Positions 7,341-15,833 of a stretch of 16,733 nt of DNA are shown piece after piece. Position 1 is the first letter of the stretch. Every line of letters starts with the position of its first letter. The position numbers and the translations under genes were made by a program. This DNA is from Gemmatimonadota bacterium (GTDB lineage Bacteria; Gemmatimonadota; Gemmatimonadetes; Gemmatimonadales; Gemmatimonadaceae): assembly GCA_031372565.1 (NCBI GenBank), contig JANMLN010000160.1, positions 1 through 16,733 of the forward strand. Reading direction: 5' to 3'. Under the pieces are notes generated by a model that saw only the letters and a list, made by a program, of their open reading frames with translations, did not search any database and was not told where the DNA came from.

Positions 7341-8807
7341 CTACGGCGTGCGCCAGGACCTCACGTACTCCCACGAGACCCCGACTGGAGTCGCGCGCAG
7401 CTTCCGCGCATCGCTTCCGTCTGCCTTCGCCGTCCAGACGGCCGACACGCCGGCGGACGCACGGGCAAAGGAGATCCGCTGGCCGTCGGGCGACCATCTG
7501 CCGATCTGCACGACAGGACTTCCCGATCCCGTCGTCAGCTGCGTGACTGCGGAGCCATCGGGCGCCATCGAGAAGATCTCGGGGGCCCCCGCGCGGTCGG
7601 ACGTGAACAGGATGCGCGTACCGTCCGGCGACCATGAAGGTTCAGCATCGAGCCCCGGAGCGTTCGTGAGCCGCAGCGGGTTCGTTCCATCGCTGTTCAT
7701 CACGTAGACCTCAAGATTGCCGTCCCTCCCAGAGACGAACACGATGCGGGTGCCGTCCGGCGAGAGGTGAGCCGCCCCATCCTCGGCGCCGTTGTTCGTC
7801 AGTCGGGTCAGGCCCGAGCCATCGGCGTTCATGAGAAAGATCTCGCGCGACGTAGCGCCACCGCCGACCTCGCGGGTGAGCGTCAAGGTCTGGCCCGATG
7901 CGCTCCACCGGGGCGTGTAGTGGATCGCTCCCGACGCGATCACGACCTCGTTCGCTCCGGTCGCGGTCGACTTGAAGATCCGATTGTCGAAGGGGCGCCA
8001 GAAGGCGATCGCCGACTTGTCCGGCGTGAGGTCTCCTTGCCCGCTCGGGGACGGAATCACAACGCTGGCCGCACCACCAGGCAGGCGAAACAGCGACAAC
8101 TGTTCGCAGCAGGAGGTCCCGTTCACCTCGATCAGGAAGGTACCGGTGATCGCCGTGTCCGGTGATATCGTGACGGACCTCGTCGCGGTTACTCCGCGGA
8201 ATGACGCGGTGACGATGGCCGAGCCGGCCCGGAAGGCGGTGGCAACTGCACCGACGAAGCGCAGCGCGCTGGGGTCGCTGGACCCCCACGCGATCGAGTC
8301 CGGAGGCACCGGACCGCCGTAGACGCCGGACACGGTTGCTATGTAGGTGGCAGTATCGCCCACCACCATGGTCGTCGGGCCGCCGGTGACGACGACGCCG
8401 ATGCTCCCGAACGTGACGACGATGGGAGCGCTCGCAACGAGCGGCTTCAGCACCAGGGTGAGGGTCGGGTTGTTTCCGGACAGGAGCCGCACCGTGGTGT
8501 CGGCCATGTGGGAGACGATGCCCGAGGTGTCGAACGCCGAGACGACGATCTGCCGTGCAACCCCAGGCAGGACCCGGATGGTGCCGGAAGCGACGCCGGC
8601 GCTGTCGACCGGCACATTGACCGTCAGCGTCGGAGAAATCCCCGGGCCGGACACCTGTACCAGCAACGACCGAACCGTGGCTGGCGTGATCGAGTAGAGC
8701 GTGATGCTAGCGAGCGGCGCAGTGGGCGCTGTGCCGTCACTGCACGAGACAACGGTGACGAGCCCAGCGAGGGCAGCGACGAGCGTGCGCGCGGTGCGGT
8801 GAACCAC
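7341..8807 (-). CDS. Predicted lipoprotein with Ig-like domains and C-terminal TolB-like (PD40) beta-propeller
   Basis: GTG start with GAGGA RBS 6 nt upstream; signal peptide ending in lipobox-like VVSC; Big_2-like segment (VGDTATYIATV...WGSSDPS...AGSAIVTAS); repeats SPDGTRIVFVSGRDGNLEVYVMNSDG, WSPDGTRILFTSDR, WSPDGQRISF. Confidence 0.85.
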   Translation of the reverse strand: MVHRTARTLVAALAGLVTVVSCSDGTAPTAPLASITLYSITPATVRSLLVQVSGPGISPTLTVNVPVDSAGVASGTIRVLPGVARQIVVSAFDTSGIVSHMADTTVRLLSGNNPTLTLVLKPLVASAPIVVTFGSIGVVVTGGPTTMVVGDTATYIATVSGVYGGPVPPDSIAWGSSDPSALRFVGAVATAFRAGSAIVTASFRGVTATRSVTISPDTAITGTFLIEVNGTSCCEQLSLFRLPGGAASVVIPSPSGQGDLTPDKSAIAFWRPFDNRIFKSTATGANEVVIASGAIHYTPRWSASGQTLTLTREVGGGATSREIFLMNADGSGLTRLTNNGAEDGAAHLSPDGTRIVFVSGRDGNLEVYVMNSDGTNPLRLTNAPGLDAEPSWSPDGTRILFTSDRAGAPEIFSMAPDGSAVTQLTTGSGSPVVQIGRWSPDGQRISFARASAGVSAVWTAKADGSDARKLRATPVGVSWEYVRSWRTP

Positions 8808-8838
8808 GGGGAGTCCTCATGTGAGTGGAGACGACCGG

Positions 8839-8869
8839 ATGATCGCCCCGCCCCGTCAACCGACCGTGA
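8839..8869 (-). promoter_or_regulatory. Putative SARP-type promoter for the lipoprotein gene
   Basis: Minus strand reads TCACGG(8869-8864)-TCGGT-TGACGG(8858-8853)-GGCGGGGC-GATCAT(8844-8839): direct repeats with 11-nt period, 8 nt before a -10-like hexamer. Confidence 0.6.
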
Positions 8870-8935
8870 TTCCAGCAGGATGTGTGGGCTGCCGTCGGGC
8901 GCGCGAGCCAGAACGACCGCGAGCAAGTCGCGCCA

Positions 8936-8977
8936 TGACAAGCAGTTGACGGTGCGCTCACGGCGGGGGAGTACCCT
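8936..8977 (+). promoter_or_regulatory. Putative SARP-type promoter for the PEP-CTERM gene
   Basis: TGACAA(8936)-GCAGT-TGACGG(8947)-TGCGC-TCACGG(8958)-CGGGGGAG-TACCCT(8972-8977): three repeats with 11-nt period, 8 nt before a TAnnnT -10 hexamer. Confidence 0.62.
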
Positions 8978-9042
8978 GGCGTGCGCTTCGCGTCCTCGCC
9001 CACAACCAGAACCATCCCCCTCACCCGAGATCCTTCAACACC

Positions 9043-10116
9043 ATGCGATATCGGCACCTCCCCAGGGTTGGCCTGCTCGTGGCCACCGTCCTCACCGCAC
9101 CTTCGTCGACGCTCTCGGCCCAGGTGCCTACGCAGTGGTACCTCTCCACCGGCCTGCCCGGGGAGAACTCGGGATCGGTCTGGGGTACTTCAAGCTCCAA
9201 CCTCTTTCTGGCCGGCGGCTATCGCGGATTCGGCCAGTGGAACGGCAGCGCATGGACCGCGCCCGCACTGCCCCCAAGCGCCAACCGCTATCAGGTCTTC
9301 GGGTTCTCGCCCACGGACGTCTATTCGTCTGGGCAGGACGGATACCAGACGGGTGCGTTGCTGCGATACGACGGGAACATGTGGTCGCCCTTCTATACCG
9401 CTTCGTCCGAACTGATCGGCCTCTGGGGGCGATCCTCAAGCGACCTGTACACCTCCGGCGATGGCATTCTCCGCCACTTCAATGGAACGTCGTGGCAGGA
9501 TATTCCCACAGGTCTGTCCTTGGGATTCAACGTGGACCGTCTCGGGTCCATCAGCGGAGGCGCTACTACCACCTTCGTGGCCGGTCATAACGGCACGGTG
9601 TTGTCCTGGGATGGATCGACGTTACAACGAATGCAGACGGGGACGAACGCGGGCCTGAGTGGAATCTCGGCGATCGATGACACCACGGCCTTCGTGGTTG
9701 GCGGTGGGGGGACGATTCTCCGGTACGACGGTCGCACGTGGACGTCGATGGCCGCTCCCGTGAACGACGACATCAATGGCGTCTTCGCCCTCTCTCGCAC
9801 CAGCGTATATGCCACGACGGCGCAGGGCAATGTGCTGCATTACGACGGTTATTCCTGGAACATCGTGTTCACGGGGTTCGGCGGGTTCTTGGGGATTCCC
9901 TTCGCTTTGTCGGAGTCGCAGGTGTACATCCCGGTCGCTGGCAGAACGTCAGGGTCGTTCACCAGCGGCATGCTGCTCTCCTCCGACCCGACCATCGGCG
10001 ACGGGGCCGGCACCCCGGGCACCATCGTGCCAGAGCCGTCCTCGCTGGCCCTGCTCGCCACGGGCCTCGCGTGCGCCGCACTCGCGCGCCGTGGCCGGCG
10101 CGCACGCGGGCGCTGA
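9043..10116 (+). CDS. PEP-CTERM-sorted surface protein with ~7 WG(S/T)/YDG.xW beta-propeller repeats
   Basis: N-terminal signal peptide (...STLSA|Q); ~40-aa repeats ending WNGSAW, YDGNMW, FNGTSW, WDGSTL, YDGRTW, YDGYSW; C-terminal VPEPSSLALLATGLACAALARRGRRARGR. Confidence 0.92.
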   Translation: MRYRHLPRVGLLVATVLTAPSSTLSAQVPTQWYLSTGLPGENSGSVWGTSSSNLFLAGGYRGFGQWNGSAWTAPALPPSANRYQVFGFSPTDVYSSGQDGYQTGALLRYDGNMWSPFYTASSELIGLWGRSSSDLYTSGDGILRHFNGTSWQDIPTGLSLGFNVDRLGSISGGATTTFVAGHNGTVLSWDGSTLQRMQTGTNAGLSGISAIDDTTAFVVGGGGTILRYDGRTWTSMAAPVNDDINGVFALSRTSVYATTAQGNVLHYDGYSWNIVFTGFGGFLGIPFALSESQVYIPVAGRTSGSFTSGMLLSSDPTIGDGAGTPGTIVPEPSSLALLATGLACAALARRGRRARGR

Positions 10117-10141
10117 CTCCACGCCGAGCCCAGCCTACCCC

Positions 10142-10214
10142 GGCCTGGGCCCCCGTTTCTCCTCCAGCCGTCACCGCGAGAGGTCAACTGGAGGAGCCTG
10201 AAGTGACCCAGGCC
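10142..10214 (+). repeat. 73-nt structured direct repeat, copy 2 (possible bidirectional terminator or REP-like element between convergent genes)
   Basis: Perfect stems GGCCTGGG/CCCAGGCC and CTCCTCCAG/CTGGAGGAG, apical ACC-GCGAGA-GGT; 61/73 identical to 3651-3723. Confidence 0.9.
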
Positions 10215-10232
10215 CCGCCAGCCTGTACGCCT

Positions 10233-11282
10233 TCACCCCGCCACACGAGCCGGCAACCCCATCCCCGCAACCGCGCCAAGCTCATCCCCCGACCGCTCCC
10301 CCCGCGCCAACCGCCACAACCCCGCCCGCGCGATCATCGCCGCATTGTCCGTCGCCAGCCGCGCGCTCGGCGCATGCACCACCACCCCGCGCCCTACCTT
10401 CGCCTGAATCGCCGCCACCAGCGCGCGATTGCACGCCACACCACCACCGAGCACCACGCGACTGCGCGCATGCGCCGCCACCGCGCGTGACACCTTCTCC
10501 GCCAACGTCCCCACCAGCGCATCCTGGAACCCGCGCGCAATCAGCGCTCTGTCGCGCTCGATGTCGTCACTCCCGCGCACGGCATTCAACACCGCCGTCT
10601 TCAACCCCGAGAACGACACGTCGAAGTAGTCAGGCTCGCCGAGCTTCTGCCCGCCATGCGTGATCGGCTTGGTGAATCGGAACCCCTTCGGCACCGCGCC
10701 CTCCGCCACTGAAGCCGCGAGTCGTTCCACATGCGGCCCACCCGGATACGGCAGCCCCAACAATTTCGCCACCTTGTCGAACGCTTCGCCCGCGGCGTCG
10801 TCACGCGTCGCGCCCAGCTGCCGATAGTCGCCCCACGCTGGCACGTCGAGCAGCAGCGTGTGCCCGCCACTCACCAACAGCGCCGTGAACGGCGGCTCGG
10901 CGCTCGCATCCTCGAGCGACATCGCGAACAGGTGCCCTTCCATGTGATGCACGCCGAGGACCGGCACATCGAGCGTGGCCGCGTACGCCTTGGCCCAGCT
11001 CACGCCGACCAGCAGTGCGCCCACCAACCCGGGACCATGCGTCACCGCGACCGCATCGATATCGCCGGGCGTCATCTTCGCATCAGCCAGCGCCTGCCGC
11101 ACCGCGGGCACCAGGCTCGTCAGGTGCGCGCGACTCGCGATCTCCGGCACCACACCGCCGAACAATCGGTGCACGTCCTGGCTCACGATCACCAGTGAGC
11201 GGAGCGTCGCACTGGCGCCATCACCCTCGACGATCGCCGCCGAGGTCTCGTCGCAACTGGTCTCGATGCCGAGTACGCGCAT
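10233..11282 (-). CDS. tsaD: tRNA N6-threonylcarbamoyladenosine transferase TsaD
   Basis: MRVLGIETSCDET, GGVVPEIASRAH, GPGLVGALLVG, HHMEGH, LLVSGGHT, TRDDAAGEAFDKVAKLLGLPYPGG, SFSGLKTA, TDNAAMIA. Confidence 0.97.
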   Translation of the reverse strand: MRVLGIETSCDETSAAIVEGDGASATLRSLVIVSQDVHRLFGGVVPEIASRAHLTSLVPAVRQALADAKMTPGDIDAVAVTHGPGLVGALLVGVSWAKAYAATLDVPVLGVHHMEGHLFAMSLEDASAEPPFTALLVSGGHTLLLDVPAWGDYRQLGATRDDAAGEAFDKVAKLLGLPYPGGPHVERLAASVAEGAVPKGFRFTKPITHGGQKLGEPDYFDVSFSGLKTAVLNAVRGSDDIERDRALIARGFQDALVGTLAEKVSRAVAAHARSRVVLGGGVACNRALVAAIQAKVGRGVVVHAPSARLATDNAAMIARAGLWRLARGERSGDELGAVAGMGLPARVAG

Positions 11283-11323
11283 GACGGGGCGCTCTCAGTT
11301 GGCGACGCGAACCGTGCGCGCGC

Positions 11324-11989
11324 TCAGCGCGCAGGCGGTGGCGGGCCGCCGGGGTTGGTCCCCGGAATCGGCGCGGTGCGCTGGAACGTGCCGGTGAGCG
11401 TGTCGGCCTTGCGGCCCGAATCGCTGAACGCGGTCGTGTCGGGCAGCGGCACGCCCAGCATCTTCGCGAACAGCGCACGATTCCCGCCCGACACCCAGTC
11501 TTCGGCGCCAATCACCTTGCGGAGAATCTTGCCGTCCTTGTCGATCACGAAGCTCTCGGGCACGCCGGTGGTCTGGTAGATGCGCTGGATCTCGCCGTCG
11601 GGATCGTGCACGATCTCGAACGTGTAGCCCTGCCTGCGCGCGTATGCCGCCACGTCCTTCTCCTTGCCCGGCGCATCGATGCTCACGGCCACGATCTTGA
11701 GTCCCTTGCTCCCGTACAGCTGGTGCAGCCGCTCCATGCTCGGCATCTCCACCTTGCACGGCTCGCACCAGGTGGCCCACACGTTGAGCAACACCACCTG
11801 TCCCTTGTAGCTGGCGAGTGTGCGTGGCGTCTTGGCAGCATCGAGCGCGAATGCCTTGAAGTCGGGCGCCTTGGAGCCGAGCTCGACCAGGCCGAGCTCG
11901 CCACGATTGCCAAGGTTGAATGCAAAGGCGAACACACCGAAGGCGAGTGCCACCGCGCCCGCGAGCACATACTGGCCGCGGCGCGTCAT
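11324..11989 (-). CDS. TlpA/ResA-family membrane-anchored thiol-disulfide oxidoreductase
   Basis: N-terminal hydrophobic anchor, APDF, KGQVVLLNVWATWCEPCKVEMP (CxxC), GVPESFVIDKDG. ATG at 11989 overlaps the rpe stop (ATGA). Confidence 0.92.
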   Translation of the reverse strand: MTRRGQYVLAGAVALAFGVFAFAFNLGNRGELGLVELGSKAPDFKAFALDAAKTPRTLASYKGQVVLLNVWATWCEPCKVEMPSMERLHQLYGSKGLKIVAVSIDAPGKEKDVAAYARRQGYTFEIVHDPDGEIQRIYQTTGVPESFVIDKDGKILRKVIGAEDWVSGGNRALFAKMLGVPLPDTTAFSDSGRKADTLTGTFQRTAPIPGTNPGGPPPPAR

Positions 11990-12660
11990 GCGTGCACCCG
12001 GCACAGCGCGCGCAGTGCACCGATCTCGGCCTGCGGATCGGCCGCGGAAAAAATCGCGTTACCCGCCACGAAGGTGTCGGCGCCGGCGTCCCAGCAGGCG
12101 CGGATGGTCTCGCGCGCAATGCCGCCGTCCACTTCGAGCGTGGCCTTCGACTTCGTGTCGCCGAGTAATTGGCGCATGCGGGCAATCTTCTCCACGGCAC
12201 GCGGAATGAACGCCTGACCGCCGTAGCCGGGGTTCACCGACATGATGAGCACCAGGTCGAGATCAGCCGCAACATCCCGCAGCGATTCCACCGGCGTGGC
12301 GGGATTGATGACGACACCAGCGGCACAGCCCAACTCCTTGATCCGCCCCAACTGCCGATGCAGATGCGGCGCGGCTTCCTGATGAATCGACAAGACGCTC
12401 GCCCCCGCCTTCGCGAAGCTGTCGAAGTACTTCTCCGGCTCGACGACCATCAGGTGCACATCGAGCGGCAGCTTGGTGAGCTTCTTGCACGTCTCGATGA
12501 CCTTGGCGCCGAAGGTCAGGTTCGGCACGAAGACGCCGTCCATGACATCGACATGCAACCAGTCGGCGCCGCCGGCTTCGCACATGGCGAGCTGCTCGGC
12601 GAGCTTCCCGAAATCGACCGACAGGAGCGACGGAGCGATGCGAACTGAAGGCGCGTTCAC
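11986..12660 (-). CDS. rpe: Ribulose-phosphate 3-epimerase
   Basis: IAPSLLS, LHVDVMDGVFVPNLTFG, DVHLMV, MSVNPGYGGQAFI, EVDGGI. Start placed at GTG 12660; the longer ORF-track start overlaps the PASTA gene. Confidence 0.96.
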   Translation of the reverse strand: MNAPSVRIAPSLLSVDFGKLAEQLAMCEAGGADWLHVDVMDGVFVPNLTFGAKVIETCKKLTKLPLDVHLMVVEPEKYFDSFAKAGASVLSIHQEAAPHLHRQLGRIKELGCAAGVVINPATPVESLRDVAADLDLVLIMSVNPGYGGQAFIPRAVEKIARMRQLLGDTKSKATLEVDGGIARETIRACWDAGADTFVAGNAIFSAADPQAEIGALRALCRVHA

Positions 12661-12700
12661 GGAATCAACCAGGGTGAGGCGGTACGACCAGGCAGCGACG

Positions 12701-13435
12701 TCACGGGATGCGGCGGGCAACGGTGAGTGACACGGCGGAGCCCGCCGCAACGAAATCTCCAGCCGGGGGAATCTGCTGCAGCACGGTCCCCGGCGCACGG
12801 GTCGAGGCCGAATCGACCACCACCACGCCCAGCTCGAGGTTGAGCTCCACGATCGCGCCGCGGGCCTCGTCGAGCGAGCGGCCGGTCAAGTCGGGAACGC
12901 GAATCCCGCTCGTCCCGCTCGAGATGATCAGGGCGACCGATGCCGGAAGCACCACGGAACTCCCGGCCGTCGGCGTCGAGAAGATGACCTCACCGCGCGC
13001 ATTGCCCGCCGGTTGCTCGGTCACCTCGCCAACCTCGAACCCCGCGGCCACGAGCGCGGCGGTGGCGCCGTCGATCGACTTCCCCGCGACCTCCGGCACT
13101 TGGGCGCGGCGCTGACCGGCACTCACCGCGAGCGTGACCCCCAACCCCTGCGGCGCGCGCGTGCCGGGGGGCGGTGATTGCTGCAGCACGGTCCCCTCGG
13201 GCGCGGTCGGGTGGTACTGCATGTCGGGAGGCTTGACGGTGAACCCGGCTGCGGTGAGTTCGCTTTGCGCCTGATCGCGCTTGAGTCCGACGACGTTCGG
13301 CATCTTCACGTCGACGGCCATGTCGTTGCCGCGGCCGATCCAGAGCCAGATGGCGCCGAACGCGATGAGGAAGCCGCCCAGCAGCGCGCCGAGCCATGGC
13401 AGGGGGCGCTTGGCGAGCGCCGCCCAATCGGTCAC
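12701..13435 (-). CDS. Membrane-anchored protein with three PASTA domains
   Basis: One N-terminal TM helix, then MPNVVGL..A...L..AGF, VPEVAGK..A...L..AGF, VPDLTGR..A; GTVLQQSPPPG motifs. GTGA overlap with the rsmB stop. Confidence 0.92.
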   Translation of the reverse strand: MTDWAALAKRPLPWLGALLGGFLIAFGAIWLWIGRGNDMAVDVKMPNVVGLKRDQAQSELTAAGFTVKPPDMQYHPTAPEGTVLQQSPPPGTRAPQGLGVTLAVSAGQRRAQVPEVAGKSIDGATAALVAAGFEVGEVTEQPAGNARGEVIFSTPTAGSSVVLPASVALIISSGTSGIRVPDLTGRSLDEARGAIVELNLELGVVVVDSASTRAPGTVLQQIPPAGDFVAAGSAVSLTVARRIP

Positions 13436-14799
13436 GCGCGCTTCCTCAACCGTGCGGCAAAGGCGCCATCGACGCCGTGCTTCTGCGGCAAGACGCGCAG
13501 CCGCCCCGCATCAAGCACCTCGGGCGGCACCGCGCCCTCGGGCGGCGGCTCGAGCGTCCAGTCCCTGTGCTCGCTCAGGAAGCTCTCGATCTGCGCGTCG
13601 TTCTCCTCGGGCTCGAGCGAGCAGGTGGAGTACACGAGCAAGCCGCCGGGCTTCACGAGCATGGCCGCCGAGCGCGCGAGCGAACGCTGCGTGGCCGCCA
13701 TGACGGCGAGGTCGGAGATCCGGAGTCGCCAGCGCGCGTCCGGATGACGACGAAACGTGCCCGTGCCGGTGCAGGGGACATCGATGAGCACCGCGTCGAC
13801 CGGCTGGGTCGCGCCGTCGCGCACATCGGCGGCGAAGACATGCACGTTGCGGGCATCCACGCGCTTCACGTTCTCGGCCAGCCGCTTCACACGCCAGGTG
13901 CCGCGATCGGCGGCGAGCACGAGTGCCGCGGTGCGCGCGAGTTCGAGCGCCTTGCCGCCGGGCGCCGCGCACAGGTCGGCAACCGTGCTCCCGGGGGCGA
14001 TGGCGGCATACTGCGTGACGAGCGTGGCGGCCACATCCTGCACGAAGAACAGTCCCTGCTTGAACGCGCCGAGTTCGGTGAGGGCGACGCCGCTGGGCAG
14101 TGCGATCGATCCGCGCGCGAGTGGTGATTCGGTCGTGTCGATGCCGGCGGACTGGAGCGTGGCTTCGAGCTGCTCGGTGACGATGTTGTACGGGCGGATC
14201 GTGATCGGGCCCGGCGTGTTGTTGGCGTCGAGCAGCGCGGCGGTGTCGGTCGCGCCCCAGCGTGCGACCCACCGCGCCACCAGCCAGCGCGGATGACCGA
14301 ACTCGAGCGCAAGCGCGTCGACCGGATCGGTGGGCGTCGGGACGCCCAACGCATCGCGCTCGCGGTCGATACGACGCAGCACCGCGTTGGCGAGGCCACC
14401 CGCGCCCTGGCCGTGACGGATCTTGACGAGTTCGACGGTCTGCGCGATGGCCGCGTACGGCGGCACGCTGCCCATGTGGAGCAGCTGGTCAGCGCCCAGG
14501 CGGAGCAGGTCGGCGACATCGGCATCGAGGCGCACGGTGCCGCCCTTCACGCGCGCATCGAGCACGGCGTCGAGCATGGAACGACGGCGCAGCATCCCCC
14601 ACACGAGCTCCTGCACCCAGCGGCGATCGCGCGCGTCGAGCGCCTGCACGCGTCGTTCGAAGGCGACATCGAGCAGGTCGCCCGCGCGCAGGTCGGTGAG
14701 CACCTCGGCCGCGGCGATGCGCGCGTCGGTGACGTTGTGGGGCGTCGCGGCGCTCGCCTTGCTCGGGCGAGGGCCGCGTCCGATGCGCGCGGGACTCAC
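13432..14799 (-). CDS. rsmB: 16S rRNA m5C967 methyltransferase RsmB/Sun
   Basis: NusB-like N-terminus (DRRWVQELVWGMLRR, ANAVLR), FFVQD, DLCAAPGGK, DVPCTGTG..RRHPD, LVYSTCSLEPEEN. GTG start at 14799 overlaps the thiG stop (GTGA). Confidence 0.94.
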   Translation of the reverse strand: MSPARIGRGPRPSKASAATPHNVTDARIAAAEVLTDLRAGDLLDVAFERRVQALDARDRRWVQELVWGMLRRRSMLDAVLDARVKGGTVRLDADVADLLRLGADQLLHMGSVPPYAAIAQTVELVKIRHGQGAGGLANAVLRRIDRERDALGVPTPTDPVDALALEFGHPRWLVARWVARWGATDTAALLDANNTPGPITIRPYNIVTEQLEATLQSAGIDTTESPLARGSIALPSGVALTELGAFKQGLFFVQDVAATLVTQYAAIAPGSTVADLCAAPGGKALELARTAALVLAADRGTWRVKRLAENVKRVDARNVHVFAADVRDGATQPVDAVLIDVPCTGTGTFRRHPDARWRLRISDLAVMAATQRSLARSAAMLVKPGGLLVYSTCSLEPEENDAQIESFLSEHRDWTLEPPPEGAVPPEVLDAGRLRVLPQKHGVDGAFAARLRKRA

Positions 14800-15596
14800 G
14801 TGAGCATGCCCGTGGTCGGGGACGACGGCACCGCGACTTCGCGGCGCTCCATGCGACCGGCCAGGTACGCCAAGCGGCCCGCATCGACGCCCAGGCGCAT
14901 GGCGGTGGCCATGCGAATCGGATCCTTGGCGGCCGCGAGCGCGGTGTTCATGAGAATGCCATCGACGCCCTGCTCCATGACGAGCGTCGCGTCGCTTGCG
15001 GTGCCCACACCGGCGTCGACGATCACGGGCACCGACAACCGATGCTTGATCGTGCGAATCGCCATCGGGTTGAGCAGGCCAAGTCCGCTCCCGATTGGCG
15101 AGGCCAGCGGCATGACGCACACGGCGCCCGCGTCTTCCAGGCGCAGCGCGGCGATCAGGTCATCGTTGGTGTACGCCATGACCTTGAACCCTTCGTCGGC
15201 CAGGATCTTCGTCGCTTCGATCAGGCCGGCGGTGTCTGGGTAGAGCGTCTGCTGATCGCCGATGACTTCGAGCTTGACCCACTCGTTGAACCCGGCAGCG
15301 CGGCCCAGGCGCGCGTAGCGCAGCGCATCGGTGACGTTGTAGCAGCCGGCGGTGTTGGCCAGCAGGAAGAACCTGTCGGGCGACAGGTGATGCAGCACCC
15401 CTTCGTCCTTGCTGCGATCCAGATCGACGCGGCGTACCGCGACGGTGACCACCTCGGCCCCCGACGCCTCGATGGCCGCAATCATCTGCGCGTTGGAGGC
15501 GTACTTGCCGGTGCCCACCATGAGGCGCGACGCGAAGGTGCGGCCACCGATGACGAGCGGCGTGTCGAGTTGGGGCATGAGCTCAGTCGCGGACAC
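14796..15596 (-). CDS. thiG: Thiazole synthase
   Basis: SRLMVGTGKY, VTVAVRR, NTAGC, WVKLEVIGD..TLYPD, MPLASPIGSGLG, VDAGVGTASDA. Confidence 0.97.
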   Translation of the reverse strand: MSATELMPQLDTPLVIGGRTFASRLMVGTGKYASNAQMIAAIEASGAEVVTVAVRRVDLDRSKDEGVLHHLSPDRFFLLANTAGCYNVTDALRYARLGRAAGFNEWVKLEVIGDQQTLYPDTAGLIEATKILADEGFKVMAYTNDDLIAALRLEDAGAVCVMPLASPIGSGLGLLNPMAIRTIKHRLSVPVIVDAGVGTASDATLVMEQGVDGILMNTALAAAKDPIRMATAMRLGVDAGRLAYLAGRMERREVAVPSSPTTGMLT

Positions 15597-15599
15597 GGC

Positions 15600-15833
15600 T
15601 CAACCTCCGCCGACAAAGTGGACGATCTCGATCGTGTCGCCGCTGTCGAGAAGCTGCGCCTCAAACGCCGCACGGTCGCGTTCGATCACGCCGTTCCGCT
15701 CGACCACGACAAGGCGCGGGTCGAGCTCATGGGCGGCGAGGAGTCCTGCGATGGTGATACCGGCCGGGAGCGAGCGCGGCTCACCGTTCACGGTCAGGGC
15801 GATCGTCGCCGCGGCGGTCGAGAGCGGCGTCAT
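15600..15833 (-). CDS. thiS: Sulfur carrier protein ThiS
   Basis: LTVNGE...VVVERNGVI...LDSGDTIEIVHFVGGG*. Start at ATG 15833 is uncertain because it overlaps the upstream gene by 53 nt. Confidence 0.93.
   Translation of the reverse strand: MTPLSTAAATIALTVNGEPRSLPAGITIAGLLAAHELDPRLVVVERNGVIERDRAAFEAQLLDSGDTIEIVHFVGGG

Noticed and set aside
7341..8807. Genuine tolB of the Tol-Pal system
   Set aside because: It has Ig-like N-terminal domains and a lipobox instead of TolB_N, and there are no tolQRA/pal neighbours.
3651..10214. 73-nt repeats as integron attC sites, CRISPR repeats, or hammerhead/HDV-like ribozymes
   Set aside because: No RYYYAAC/GTTRRRY boxes; only two copies 6.5 kb apart; CTGA and GAAA cores are not on the same strand; the HDV pseudoknot pairings could not be built.
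1238..11282. Functional link between the carbamoyltransferase (Kae1-like domain) and tsaD
   Set aside because: They share a fold but lie in separate, oppositely oriented units. tsaD is simply the end of the housekeeping operon.
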